DNA of 54,185 nt, taken from NCBI GenBank assembly GCA_045596505.1, contig JAZOCO010000005.1, positions 1-54,185 of the forward strand. Reading direction: 5' to 3'. The notes beneath the pieces were generated by a model. It was given only the letters and a program-made list of their open reading frames with translations. It did no database searches and had not been told where the DNA came from. Below, one piece after another: positions 43,580-52,843 of this stretch. The DNA comes from Eubacteriales bacterium. Its GTDB lineage: Bacteria; Bacillota; Clostridia; Oscillospirales; CAG-272. Every line of letters starts with the position of its first letter. The first letter of the stretch is position 1. A program made the position numbers and the translations under genes.

Positions 43580-44512
43580 TTATTTTAACACATCCCCGAC
43601 AAGAAGCCTTCTGCCCCGAATGTAGTCGGCGGCAGACATACGCCCCTTCCCCTCGGGCAGCACGCGCAAAAGCCGCACGCTACCCGTGCCGCACGCCACC
43701 TCTACTGCACCGTCAAGCGACAAAACGGTGCCGGGCCTCCCCAGCGCCTCAGCGCACGGGTTGAGCTCTGCCTCCAGCACCTTAAGCAGCTTGCCATTGG
43801 GCGTGTGGGTAAAGGCAAGCGGCACGGGCGATAAGCCGCGCACGGTATTATATACAGTACGTGCATCCTTGGTAAAATCGATCAGACAATCCGCCTTTTC
43901 GATCTTGGCGGCATAGCTGGCACGGGCGTGATCCTGAGGGATCGGGGTAATGCTCCCCTCTCTTACACCCTTTAACGTGTCAAGCAAAAGCGCCGCGCCA
44001 ACGCCCCCCAGCTTATCGTGCACATCCTCAAAATTATCGTGCGCGCCGATCGGCAAGCGGCGGGAAAGGAGCATATCTCCCGTATCCAGTCCCTCACTCA
44101 TCAGCATGGTCGTCACGCCCGTTTCGGTGCATCCGTCAATGATGGCGCGCTGCATCGGTGCCGCACCTCGATACTGCGGCAAAAGCGAGCCGTGCACGTT
44201 GATGCACCCGTACCGCGGGTACTGAAGCACCGAGGGGGGCAGGATCTTTCCGTACGCCACCACTACGATCACGTCGGGAGCTATCGCCGCCAGCTCCCCG
44301 TCAAACGCGCCGTCCCTCAGTGTCTTCGGCTGATAAACGGGAATGCCCTGCTCGGTTGCATATACCTTAACGGGCGGCGGCATCAGCTCGTATCCGCGCC
44401 CCTTTGGCTTGTCGGGCTGTGTCACCACGCCAACGACCTCCTCACCCGCAAGCACAAGCGCCTTTAGGGTAAACAGTGCAAAATCGGGCGTGCCCATAAA
44501 CAGTATTCTCAT
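43580..44512 (-). CDS. fmt: Methionyl-tRNA formyltransferase
   Basis: MRILFMGTPDFA N-terminus and HGSLLPQYRGAAP motif. Confidence 0.92.
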   Translation of the reverse strand: MRILFMGTPDFALFTLKALVLAGEEVVGVVTQPDKPKGRGYELMPPPVKVYATEQGIPVYQPKTLRDGAFDGELAAIAPDVIVVVAYGKILPPSVLQYPRYGCINVHGSLLPQYRGAAPMQRAIIDGCTETGVTTMLMSEGLDTGDMLLSRRLPIGAHDNFEDVHDKLGGVGAALLLDTLKGVREGSITPIPQDHARASYAAKIEKADCLIDFTKDARTVYNTVRGLSPVPLAFTHTPNGKLLKVLEAELNPCAEALGRPGTVLSLDGAVEVACGTGSVRLLRVLPEGKGRMSAADYIRGRRLLVGDVLK

Positions 44513-44976
44513 TGATATTCGTCCTCATCCAGCATACGGGTCACCTTATCGATATAAAGGTGTCCGTCAAGGTGATCGATCTCGTGACAGAGCGCACGCG
44601 CCAAAAAATCGTGCGCCGTGATCTCATATTCCTCACCGTGGCGATCGGTGGCGCGCACCGTAACGTGCTTTGGGCGCTTGACAAGCCCATAGCGCCCCGG
44701 CACGGAGAGGCAACCCTCCGCACCCTCCTGCTCACCGGCAAAGGCAATGATCCTCGGGTTGATCAGCTCAAAGACCTCCCCCTCCTCAACCTCTACCACC
44801 GCGATGCGCCGCAGGATCCCCACCTGGGGCCCTGCCAGACCCACGCCGTTTGCGGCGCGCATGGTTTCGAGCATATCGTCAAGCAGCGTGTGGATGCGGG
44901 GTGTGATCTCCTCAACGGGACGGCAGGTCTTGCGAAGGACCTCGTCACCCACCTTGCGAATTTGCAATTTTGCCAT
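44509..44976 (-). CDS. def: Peptide deformylase
   Basis: GVGLAGPQVG, EGCLS and HEIDHLDG motifs. Confidence 0.92.
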   Translation of the reverse strand: MAKLQIRKVGDEVLRKTCRPVEEITPRIHTLLDDMLETMRAANGVGLAGPQVGILRRIAVVEVEEGEVFELINPRIIAFAGEQEGAEGCLSVPGRYGLVKRPKHVTVRATDRHGEEYEITAHDFLARALCHEIDHLDGHLYIDKVTRMLDEDEYQ

Positions 44977-45028
44977 ATCAAATCTCCTTTATGGTTGTGT
45001 GAGCGACAGCGCCGCTCACTGATCTGGT

Positions 45029-47506
45029 TTAAAGGTTCGACGGATTGAAATCCACCGTTAACAGCGGCGTTTGTATTTTTTGCTTCCCAAAGGTGTCAAG
45101 CAAGGTGCCAAACATTTCGCGCGTGCGGCGGTTGAGGGCACATTTGATCACCATACGCATACGGTATTTGCCATCCGCGCGGTAAACGGGTGCTTCAAAC
45201 GGCCCGAAGGCGATGATCTGCACGTCCTTATAATCGCCACAAACCAAACGCGCCAGCTCCTCGGAAAGCACGCGTGCCGAAGGCAGGAGCTTTCGCTCAT
45301 CCGTGTGGGAGAGCGTCAGGAGCGCTATGTCGCAAAAGGGTGGAAACACCAGCGCCTTACGCAGCCTGATCTCCCGCTTATAAAACGCCTCATAATCCTG
45401 TTGGCAGGCAAGCCGTATCACCTCGTGATCGGGGTTTGCGGTCTGGATCACGGCGACGCCCGGGCGAGCCGCGCGTCCCGCACGTCCTATCACTTGTGTA
45501 AGCATCGAAAAGGTGCGTTCCGCCGCCCGGTAATCATCAAGATAAAGCGAGCTGTCCGCCATCAAAACGCCCACCAGCGTCACGTTTGGAAAATCGTGCC
45601 CCTTGGTCACCATTTGCGTGCCAAGCAGCACGTCCGCCTCGTGGCGGCGAAAGGCACCCAGCATCTCGTCATAGGAAAAGCGTGCCCCCGTGGTATCGGT
45701 ATCCATGCGAAGGATCTTTTTGTCGGGGAGAAGCGTGAGAAGCTCCTGCTCGACGCGCTGTGTACCGTAGCCCATTCGCGAAAGATGGGGCGATTGGCAG
45801 GTGGGACACACGCTTGGCATCGGCTTTCTTCTGCCGCAAAAATGGCAAAGGAGATATCCCTCGTCATAGGTGTGCCCCTTGGTGTGATAGGTCATCGTAA
45901 CACTGCACGCAGGGCAGGTCACCGCCGCGCCGCAGGATCGACAGGATACCACGTGATTGTAGCCGCGGCGATTAAGAAACAAAATAGACTGCTCGCCCGC
46001 GGCGGCATTCCGCTTCAACAGCTCTCGCAGCTCCTCCCCGATGGGAGAAAGATTGCCCCTTGCCGCCTCGCCGCGCATATCGGCAACGCGCACCTCAGGC
46101 AGTCTTGCCCCCGCGTGGCGGTGCTTCAGCTGAAGCAGCGTATAGCGCCCCTCTGTCGCGCGCTTATAGCTTTCAAGCGAAGGGGTGGCGGAGCAAAGCA
46201 AGAGTGTTGCCTTGCGGTATGCCACGCGCCAGCGCGCCACGTCGCGCGCGTGGTATTTCGGGTTCATATCGGATTTGTAGGTGTGCTCGTGCTCCTCGTC
46301 GATCACGATCAGCCCCAGGTTCTTCACAGGGGCAAAGACCGCGGAGCGCGTGCCGACCACCACGTCAGCCTCTCCCTCAAGGATACGGTAATAGGTGTCA
46401 AGTCGCTCACCCGCTGAGAGCGCGGAATGCATCACGGCAACGCGCTTTCCATAGCGCGAGCAAAAAATAGAGAGCGTTTGAGGGGTAAGTGCGATCTCGG
46501 GCAGTAAAACGATCGCACCCTTGCCCTTTTCAAGAACGTGATCGATCACCTTTAGCATCGTGGGCGTTTTTCCACTGCCCGTGACACCGTGCAGCAGCAC
46601 TGCGTGCGCCTGACCGTCATCGGTGAGGTTTTTTAATTCGGAAAATACCGCCGCCTGCTCCTCATTTAACTGAAAATCGGGCGAGGGTGCGCCTTGCTTC
46701 TTTAGCGCGGCATACGGATCGCGCTGTACGAACTCGGTACGGGTAGCAGCCAGCTGCTTGCTTACAAGACCGTCAAGCACCGCCTTAGAAAAGCCCTCCG
46801 CACGCATCTGCTCGGCACTTCTCTCACCCTCCAGCAGCAGCAAAAGCGCACCGCGCTGCTTTTCACCAAGGCGAGGGCTTTTGCGCTCCCCCGAAGCAAG
46901 CGCCCGTGCCTCCTCGGCGGGAACGCTCAAAAAATAAAAGCTCCTCTGCTTTTGCGTCATTGCTTCCTTTTGGGTCAGCTCCGAGCAGACCAGTCCCTGT
47001 CGCACCAGCCGCCTTAGGCAGGGCTCTGCCTCCTCGCCAAAGCGTGAGCGGATGGTATCCGCCCCAACGCTGCCAAGGCGAGCAAGATACGAAAGTATAA
47101 ACGCCTCCGTGGGGGAAAGCTTGCTAACGTCCTTTGGTTGCATGCCCGTTGCGCGGTAACATTCCACAAAGCCCGAAAATGCCCCCGAGGGGATCATTGC
47201 GTGCACGGCATCACCCGTGGCACACAGCGTGGTTTCCCGCAAAAAACAGACAAGCCCCAGCATTTCCCCTGAAAGTGAAATGCGAGGCGTGGTAACGGAA
47301 ATAATGGGCTTGACGGCATCCTGCACCGTATCGGTCAAAACGCTGACAACAAGCCCCACATGACGGCGATTGCCGCCCCCGAAGGGGACGGTAACGAAGC
47401 ACCCCGCACGAACCTCACCGGTAAGCGCGTCGGGTATGCCGTAATCGTATTCCTTATCAAGAAAACGAGGGGCATCGAGCAACCTCACTCTTGCATAGCT
47501 TGACAT
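45029..47506 (-). CDS. priA: Primosomal protein N' (replication restart helicase PriA)
   Basis: 825 aa. Walker A GVTGSGKT, DEEH box and four CxxC zinc-binding pairs (CRSCG..CPAC..CHFCG..CPTC). Confidence 0.92.
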   Translation of the reverse strand: MSSYARVRLLDAPRFLDKEYDYGIPDALTGEVRAGCFVTVPFGGGNRRHVGLVVSVLTDTVQDAVKPIISVTTPRISLSGEMLGLVCFLRETTLCATGDAVHAMIPSGAFSGFVECYRATGMQPKDVSKLSPTEAFILSYLARLGSVGADTIRSRFGEEAEPCLRRLVRQGLVCSELTQKEAMTQKQRSFYFLSVPAEEARALASGERKSPRLGEKQRGALLLLLEGERSAEQMRAEGFSKAVLDGLVSKQLAATRTEFVQRDPYAALKKQGAPSPDFQLNEEQAAVFSELKNLTDDGQAHAVLLHGVTGSGKTPTMLKVIDHVLEKGKGAIVLLPEIALTPQTLSIFCSRYGKRVAVMHSALSAGERLDTYYRILEGEADVVVGTRSAVFAPVKNLGLIVIDEEHEHTYKSDMNPKYHARDVARWRVAYRKATLLLCSATPSLESYKRATEGRYTLLQLKHRHAGARLPEVRVADMRGEAARGNLSPIGEELRELLKRNAAAGEQSILFLNRRGYNHVVSCRSCGAAVTCPACSVTMTYHTKGHTYDEGYLLCHFCGRRKPMPSVCPTCQSPHLSRMGYGTQRVEQELLTLLPDKKILRMDTDTTGARFSYDEMLGAFRRHEADVLLGTQMVTKGHDFPNVTLVGVLMADSSLYLDDYRAAERTFSMLTQVIGRAGRAARPGVAVIQTANPDHEVIRLACQQDYEAFYKREIRLRKALVFPPFCDIALLTLSHTDERKLLPSARVLSEELARLVCGDYKDVQIIAFGPFEAPVYRADGKYRMRMVIKCALNRRTREMFGTLLDTFGKQKIQTPLLTVDFNPSNL

Positions 47507-47541
47507 AATGCCCCTCCCCTCTCTTGATTTGGTAGTTCTTT

Positions 47542-47835
47542 TTATTCTTCTGCTTCGACTTCTTCTGTGGCTTCTGCGCCGTCCACGATCAGATACTCGC
47601 CTGCTGTGATGCTGTCGATGGCGTTTTTCACCGCCTTTTTGTCGGCAAGATCCTGGTCAATGAGCGACGCGATGCTGCCACTGCCCTCCTTGCTTCCTGT
47701 CAGCATATTCTCAGCGGCGGCGCGCTGCTTTACGTATTCGTCGGTAATGATGCGAGCGCATTTTGCCGTTGCAATGGCAAGCTGATAGCGGTTGTAATTT
47801 CCCTTGGTAAGCTCTTCGATGGTAGGATAGATCAT
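47542..47835 (-). CDS. rpoZ: DNA-directed RNA polymerase subunit omega
   Basis: ATG at 47835 after an AGAGGAGA RBS. NRYQLAIATAKCARII motif. Extended acidic C-terminus. Confidence 0.8.
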   Translation of the reverse strand: MIYPTIEELTKGNYNRYQLAIATAKCARIITDEYVKQRAAAENMLTGSKEGSGSIASLIDQDLADKKAVKNAIDSITAGEYLIVDGAEATEEVEAEE

Positions 47836-47867
47836 CTTTATTCTCCTCTTGCAAATTATGTTACGTT

Positions 47868-48494
47868 TCAATTAAAATATTGCTCTGCCACAAAGGGATT
47901 GTGGGCAAGCGCGCAGGACTCGGCACGCACGATGGCGCGAACATCCGCCACCGCTTGGTCGACCTCGCCGTCGTGATTATAGATCACGTAATCGTAATCC
48001 TCCACACACGGGATCTCCTCGCGCGTGCGCGCAAGGCGCTCGAGGATCTTCTCCTCGCTCTCCGTTCCCCGTCCGCGCAGGCGTGCTTCCTGTGCGGCAA
48101 ACGAGGGGGGCAGCAGCATGATCAGCACAGCCTCGGGATACGCCTTTTTGATGTTGAACGCACCCTCCACCTCGATCTCCAGCAAAAGATTGCAGCCACG
48201 GGACAGCACAGCCTCCACCTCTTTTTTCGGTGTGCCGTAATAGTTGCCGCAATATTCGGTATATTCCAGCATCTCGCCCGCCGCAATGCGCGCCTCAAAC
48301 GCTTCGCGTGTAAGGTAGTGATAATTGACACCGTCCACCTCGCCCGCGCGCGGTGCGCGTGTGGTGGCGGAAACCGAGAAGCGATACGCATCGTCGCGCA
48401 GCAGCTCGCGCAAAACAGTGCCCTTTCCGCTACCTGCAGGGCCGGAGATCACGATGAGCAAGCCTCTGGCTTCTTTTTTGATACGATCGCTCAT
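47868..48494 (-). CDS. gmk: Guanylate kinase
   Basis: P-loop [30 protein letters not shown] and EYCGNYYGT motifs. Confidence 0.92.
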   Translation of the reverse strand: MSDRIKKEARGLLIVISGPAGSGKGTVLRELLRDDAYRFSVSATTRAPRAGEVDGVNYHYLTREAFEARIAAGEMLEYTEYCGNYYGTPKKEVEAVLSRGCNLLLEIEVEGAFNIKKAYPEAVLIMLLPPSFAAQEARLRGRGTESEEKILERLARTREEIPCVEDYDYVIYNHDGEVDQAVADVRAIVRAESCALAHNPFVAEQYFN

Positions 48495-48763
48495 TCGTCC
48501 TCTCCTGCTTCCTCATCCTCACCGATCGCTTCATCCTCAAGACGGTTGGCGATGGTCTCCGCCTGAATGGCAGAAAGTATCACGTGCTCACTGTCCGTGA
48601 TGATCACGGCGCGGGTGCGGCGGCCGCACGTCACGTCAATGGTCCTGCCCTCATCCTTAGCATCCTGAATGAGGCGCTTAACGGGTGCGGAATCCGGGCT
48701 GACAAGCGCCACCATACGATTTGCGGCAACCATGTTGCCAAAGCCGATGTTGATGAATTTCAT
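48491..48763 (-). CDS. remA: RemA/DUF370 family regulator
   Basis: [33 protein letters not shown] is the RemA signature. ATG at 48763 after AAAGGAAAG. Acidic tail. Confidence 0.85.
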   Translation of the reverse strand: MKFINIGFGNMVAANRMVALVSPDSAPVKRLIQDAKDEGRTIDVTCGRRTRAVIITDSEHVILSAIQAETIANRLEDEAIGEDEEAGEDE

Positions 48764-48902
48764 ACGATCTTTCCTTTCGGACTTGATATTTATACAGTAT
48801 ATATTATAATACGAATTGTTCCACTTGTCAATGTCGGTTGTGAAAACTTTTGCCAAAAAAAGCATTTTTTAAGACGGTTGCGAAAAAAATTTATAAAACC
48901 CC

Positions 48903-48931
48903 TTGCAAACAGGGAGAAAATAAGGTAGAAT
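48903..48931 (+). promoter_or_regulatory. Sigma-A type promoter of efp
   Basis: TTGCAA, 17-nt spacer, TAGAAT (approximate coordinates). Confidence 0.5.
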
Positions 48932-49003
48932 ATAATAGGTCATACGTTCCGCGCCACGTAGCGGAGCGAAGCATCTTAATCAACCAAACTTCGGAGGTAT
49001 AAA

Positions 49004-49564
49004 ATGGTAGTAGCAGGTGATTTTAAAAACGGCGTGACCTTTGATGACGGTCAGGGCAACGTTTTGCAGGTAGTTGAATTTCAGCACGTTAAGCCCGGCA
49101 AGGGTGCGGCGTTTGTGCGCACTAAGCTGAAAAACGTTATCACGGGTGCTGTGATCGAAAAGACCTTCAACCCCACCGACAAATTTGAAAACGCGTATAT
49201 CGAGCGCAAGGAAATGCAGTATTCCTATAACGACGGCGATCTTTACTATTTTATGGATATGGAAACATTTGACATGATGCCCCTCAATAGCGATAAGCTG
49301 CCCGACAGCTTCAAGTTTGTTAAGGAGGAGATGCTCTGCAAGATCATTTCCTACAAGGGCAACGTTTTTGGTGTTGAGCCCCCCACGTTCGTTGAGCTTG
49401 CCGTTGCCAAGACCGATCCCGGGTTTGCCGGCAATACCGCCACCAACACCCTCAAGCCCGCAACTCTTGAAACGGGCGCTGAGATCAAGGTGCCCCTGTT
49501 TATCAACGAGGGTGACGTGCTGAAGATCGACACGCGTACGGGCGAGTATCTCTCCCGCGCTTAA
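49004..49564 (+). CDS. efp: Elongation factor P
   Basis: FKNGVTF ... [21 protein letters not shown], including the conserved modified-Lys loop. 186 aa. Confidence 0.93.
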   Translation: MVVAGDFKNGVTFDDGQGNVLQVVEFQHVKPGKGAAFVRTKLKNVITGAVIEKTFNPTDKFENAYIERKEMQYSYNDGDLYYFMDMETFDMMPLNSDKLPDSFKFVKEEMLCKIISYKGNVFGVEPPTFVELAVAKTDPGFAGNTATNTLKPATLETGAEIKVPLFINEGDVLKIDTRTGEYLSRA

Positions 49565-49586
49565 TTTGCAAAAAGGAGATAAAGCT

Positions 49587-49988
49587 ATGAACTTGACCGA
49601 AAAGGCTGCATACTTAAAGGGCTTGGCAGAAGGGCTTTCCCTTGACAAGGAAACCAAGGAGGGCAAGCTGATCGCGGCTCTTATCGATATGGTAGACGCT
49701 CTTGCCGAAAAGGTAGAGGAGCTTGACTGCGACGTAGAGGAGCTCAACGACTACTGCGAGGAGCTTGACGAGGACCTGCACGACGTTGAGGAGATCCTGC
49801 TTGACGACTGTGACGAGTGCGATGGCGAATGCGACGAGTGCGACTTTGCCGACGACTGCGCGCTTTGCGGCGACACCTATGAGGTAGAGTGCCCCGCTTG
49901 CGGCGAAAAGGTCTGCTTTGACGAAAGCATTGATCCAACCGATCTTTCTTGCCCCGCTTGCGGCGGGAAGCTGCTTGAGCAAGAATAA
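49587..49988 (+). CDS. Acidic Cys-rich protein with C-terminal zinc ribbons (CD1247 N-terminal-domain-like)
   Basis: ATG at 49587 after AAAGGAGA. MNLTEKAAYLKGLAEGL N-domain, D/E-rich linker, then CDECDGECDECD and CPACG..CPACG. Confidence 0.6.
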   Translation: MNLTEKAAYLKGLAEGLSLDKETKEGKLIAALIDMVDALAEKVEELDCDVEELNDYCEELDEDLHDVEEILLDDCDECDGECDECDFADDCALCGDTYEVECPACGEKVCFDESIDPTDLSCPACGGKLLEQE

Positions 49989-50115
49989 ATATTGAAAAGC
50001 ACCCTAACGGCATACAAAGCTGCCCGCGGGGTGCTTTTACGCATGAAAAGCTCTAAAAAATTAGAAAAATTTTAAGAACCTCTTGACAAGAAAAGGCTTC
50101 TGTGATATCCTATTT

Positions 50116-50130
50116 TTAGAATAATTCTAA
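50116..50130. promoter_or_regulatory. Fur/PerR-box-like 7-1-7 inverted repeat overlapping the perR-rbr promoter/leader
   Basis: TTAGAAT A ATTCTAA is a perfect palindrome 14 nt upstream of the Fur-family gene start. A TTGACA lies at about 50084. Confidence 0.6.
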
Positions 50131-50143
50131 AAGGAGGATGTAA

Positions 50144-50506
50144 ATGGTTCAAAAAAGAGCTGCAGTGCTGCAGGTCCTGCGGGAATCCGAGGGGCATTTA
50201 CAGGCAGACGAGATCTTCCGCCGTGTAAAGGCATACTATCCCCATATGGTGCTTGCTACCGTTTATAACAATCTCCACGCCTTGACTGAGGAGGGATATA
50301 TCAGGCACGTCAAAACCATGTCGGGTGCGGATTTTTACGACAAGACCCCCACACCGCACGAGCATGCGCTTTGCACGTCCTGCGGCAAGCTGATCGATGC
50401 CGAGGTGGGCGATCTTGCCGAGCTGCTGCAAAAAAGGGCAAGCCTCCCCGTTTTATCCTACGATCTTATTTTGCACACCGTTTGCCCCGATTGTGCGGGC
50501 AAATGA
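50144..50506 (+). CDS. Fur family transcriptional repressor (PerR-like)
   Basis: 120 aa. Winged-helix ATVYNNL and C-terminal CxxC..CxxC (CTSCG, CPDC). Lies upstream of rubrerythrin. Confidence 0.8.
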   Translation: MVQKRAAVLQVLRESEGHLQADEIFRRVKAYYPHMVLATVYNNLHALTEEGYIRHVKTMSGADFYDKTPTPHEHALCTSCGKLIDAEVGDLAELLQKRASLPVLSYDLILHTVCPDCAGK

Positions 50507-50537
50507 AAATAAAATTATACTTTAAGGAGTTTTAACC

Positions 50538-51077
50538 ATGAGCAAAGAATTAAAGGGCACAAAGACCGAACAAAATCTGCTTGCCGCCTTTTCGGGCGAG
50601 AGCCAGGCACGCAACAAGTACACGTATTTTGCAAGCGTAGCGAAAAAAGAGGGCTATGAGCAGATCAGCGCCATCTTCGCAAAAACCGCCGACAACGAAA
50701 AGGAGCACGCAAAAATGTGGTTTAAGCTCCTCGGCGAGCTTGGCGACACTGCCAAGAATCTTGCCGCTGCCGCTGCCGGTGAAAACTACGAATGGACCGA
50801 TATGTACGCCACCTTTGCAAAAGAGGCTGAGGAAGAGGGCTTTTTGGAGATCGCCGCAAAGTTCCGTGCCGTTGCCGAAATTGAGAAAGCACACGAGGAG
50901 CGCTACCGCGCACTTTTAAAGAACGTGGAGATGCAGGCAGTATTTGCAAAGAGCGAGGAGACCATGTGGGAATGCCGCAACTGCGGTCACCTGGTAATGG
51001 GCAAAAAAGCGCCCGAGATCTGCCCCGTTTGCGTACATCCGCAGAGCTTCTTTGAGGTTCGCGCCGAAAATTACTGA
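50538..51077 (+). CDS. rbr: Rubrerythrin
   Basis: Ferritin-like ExxH motifs ([16 protein letters not shown]) plus a C-terminal rubredoxin CRNCG..CPVC. Confidence 0.92.
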   Translation: MSKELKGTKTEQNLLAAFSGESQARNKYTYFASVAKKEGYEQISAIFAKTADNEKEHAKMWFKLLGELGDTAKNLAAAAAGENYEWTDMYATFAKEAEEEGFLEIAAKFRAVAEIEKAHEERYRALLKNVEMQAVFAKSEETMWECRNCGHLVMGKKAPEICPVCVHPQSFFEVRAENY

Positions 51078-51259
51078 TCGCACTTGCCCGTAAAAACAAC
51101 AAAACGGTGTGTGCTTTGGCATTGCCGAAGAATACTACGCAGCAAATTGCCCTTACAGGCATTGCCGCAAACCGTTCTATTTCTACGGGTATGCCCGCCA
51201 ATATCAAGGCTCTTGTAACCTTTTTAAAAATAACACCTGTAACCTTTTAAAAAATAATA

Positions 51260-51299
51260 CAAGGGGCTGCCTCAAATAAAAGTTTGAGTCAGCCCCTTG
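51260..51299. terminator. Bidirectional terminator hairpin (CAAAT..TTTGA family)
   Basis: CAAGGGGCTGCCTCAAAT AAAAG TTTGAGTCAGCCCCTTG. Confidence 0.65.
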
Positions 51300-51310
51300 T
51301 TAAATAAGGA

Positions 51311-52618
51311 TCAGTCAAGCGTCCGATAAAGCTCGATAATGCCCTGTACGACCTTGTCACCCGCAGCAGGCTCCAGGGCGCTTGTGGGGCACAGCGTTGC
51401 CTCGTAAACGGCCTTTTCGCCAAAGCATTCCGGCATTGCCACATAACCCGCATAATCATTGGCAAAGGCAGAAACGAAGCAATATGCACCCAGCTCTTTT
51501 TTGATCTGCTTGCCAAATTGTACAAAGATCTGGCAGGGTGTTCCGGCAATACAAACATCGCCGATCTTAAAAACCTGCAGACTTAAGTCTCTTACAGTTC
51601 TTTTATCCGCCATAATGCGGAAAGCCTGAAGCGCAAAGAAGGTGGCCTTGTAGCCAAGCGTGCCGGGAACGCTCTCAACAAGCCCATCACCCAAGCTATC
51701 GAAGACCTCTTTTGCTTCAAGAAGTGCGGCAGCATCGGGCTTGCGGAAACGAACGGTGATATTTTTTTCGCCGGTAGCGATCTTGGCGTTTTCCATCCTG
51801 CTTCCGTTTTCGATTGCCTGCTTTACCTTTTCCGCCAACGCGCGTCCCACCACGCGTTCCCTTCCCCGCGCCTTAGAGTTGGGATCAAAGGGGTTGATGT
51901 GGTTGATGTTGCCACACGCACCATTGATAAACACCGTAACGAACTCAGGACCGTAAAATTCCTTCATCGCGCGACAGAGCTCCGAAATATAATCACCGCT
52001 TATCTCGGTGCGCGCAACGATCGCAGGATGGTTTGCATAATTAACCACGCCGCCAACAAAGCGGTCGCCCTGCTTCACGGCAAGCACCAAAACATCCGGG
52101 TCGATCGTTGTGGTGGGGCAGTCGATCTGATCTGCCACCTTGCCGGCATTTGTCATAAGCGAGCCATCCTTCAGCCTGTAAACGCGGACAAAGGAGTACC
52201 CGTGCAGCTCCTCCTTGCCCTTGATCAGCTCGCTCTCCTCCGCGTTTTGGTACGCCACAACAATGGCATCCGCCGCCTTATTTACAACAATGTCCACGTA
52301 AACGGGATCGAGCACGACCTCCTCACCCCAATTAAGGATGGGGCCTCCGCCATGGCAGTGTGTCGCCACCACCATGATATTTGAAGGCTTGATCGGTGCA
52401 CGCTCCGCCACACGGGCGCGGATCCTCTCCGTAATATCCAGCGTAACGCCAACAGCATCTATCGAGACGACCGAAAGCGCCTCCTCCCCGTCAACGCAAA
52501 CGAAGGCGTGAGCGTAGAGCCGATCCAAGATCCCGGTAGCGTACCGAGCCTTAAAGGCTCCGGGGATAATACAGCCCAAGGATGGTGTGATATCTAATTC
52601 AAAAAATCCGCATTTCAT
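51311..52618 (-). CDS. Hypothetical hydrolase, neutral/alkaline ceramidase N-terminal-domain-like
   Basis: MKCGFFELDITP, ATHCHGGGP and INGACGNINH resemble the ceramidase-like metal-site pattern. ATG at 52618 lies 8 nt after GGGAGA. Confidence 0.5.
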   Translation of the reverse strand: MKCGFFELDITPSLGCIIPGAFKARYATGILDRLYAHAFVCVDGEEALSVVSIDAVGVTLDITERIRARVAERAPIKPSNIMVVATHCHGGGPILNWGEEVVLDPVYVDIVVNKAADAIVVAYQNAEESELIKGKEELHGYSFVRVYRLKDGSLMTNAGKVADQIDCPTTTIDPDVLVLAVKQGDRFVGGVVNYANHPAIVARTEISGDYISELCRAMKEFYGPEFVTVFINGACGNINHINPFDPNSKARGRERVVGRALAEKVKQAIENGSRMENAKIATGEKNITVRFRKPDAAALLEAKEVFDSLGDGLVESVPGTLGYKATFFALQAFRIMADKRTVRDLSLQVFKIGDVCIAGTPCQIFVQFGKQIKKELGAYCFVSAFANDYAGYVAMPECFGEKAVYEATLCPTSALEPAAGDKVVQGIIELYRTLD

Positions 52619-52843
52619 AATACTCATCTCCCGTTCTTTGTGCATTTTAGCAGCTCCTCGCATTTCCACACGTAAAGGATCTGCATCATACAATACCACA
52701 TATGATATCTTTTACAATACAGTTACAGTATAGCACGCGGTTGCTTTGTTGTAAATAATCAAATAAAATATATCCGCTATAACTTGACAATGAAGGCAAG
52801 ATGCGCTACTATGGTAATGAAAATATAGTATAGGAGGGGCAGC

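Noticed and set aside
45071-46417. 448-aa plus-strand ORF inside priA
   Set aside because: It is antisense to priA, which has Walker A, DEEH and four CxxC motifs. The sequence is low-complexity and Arg/Ala/His-rich. It is a shadow ORF.
48980-49747. 255-aa minus-strand ORF
   Set aside because: It is antisense to efp and the downstream Cys-rich protein gene, both of which have strong RBSs and clear motifs.
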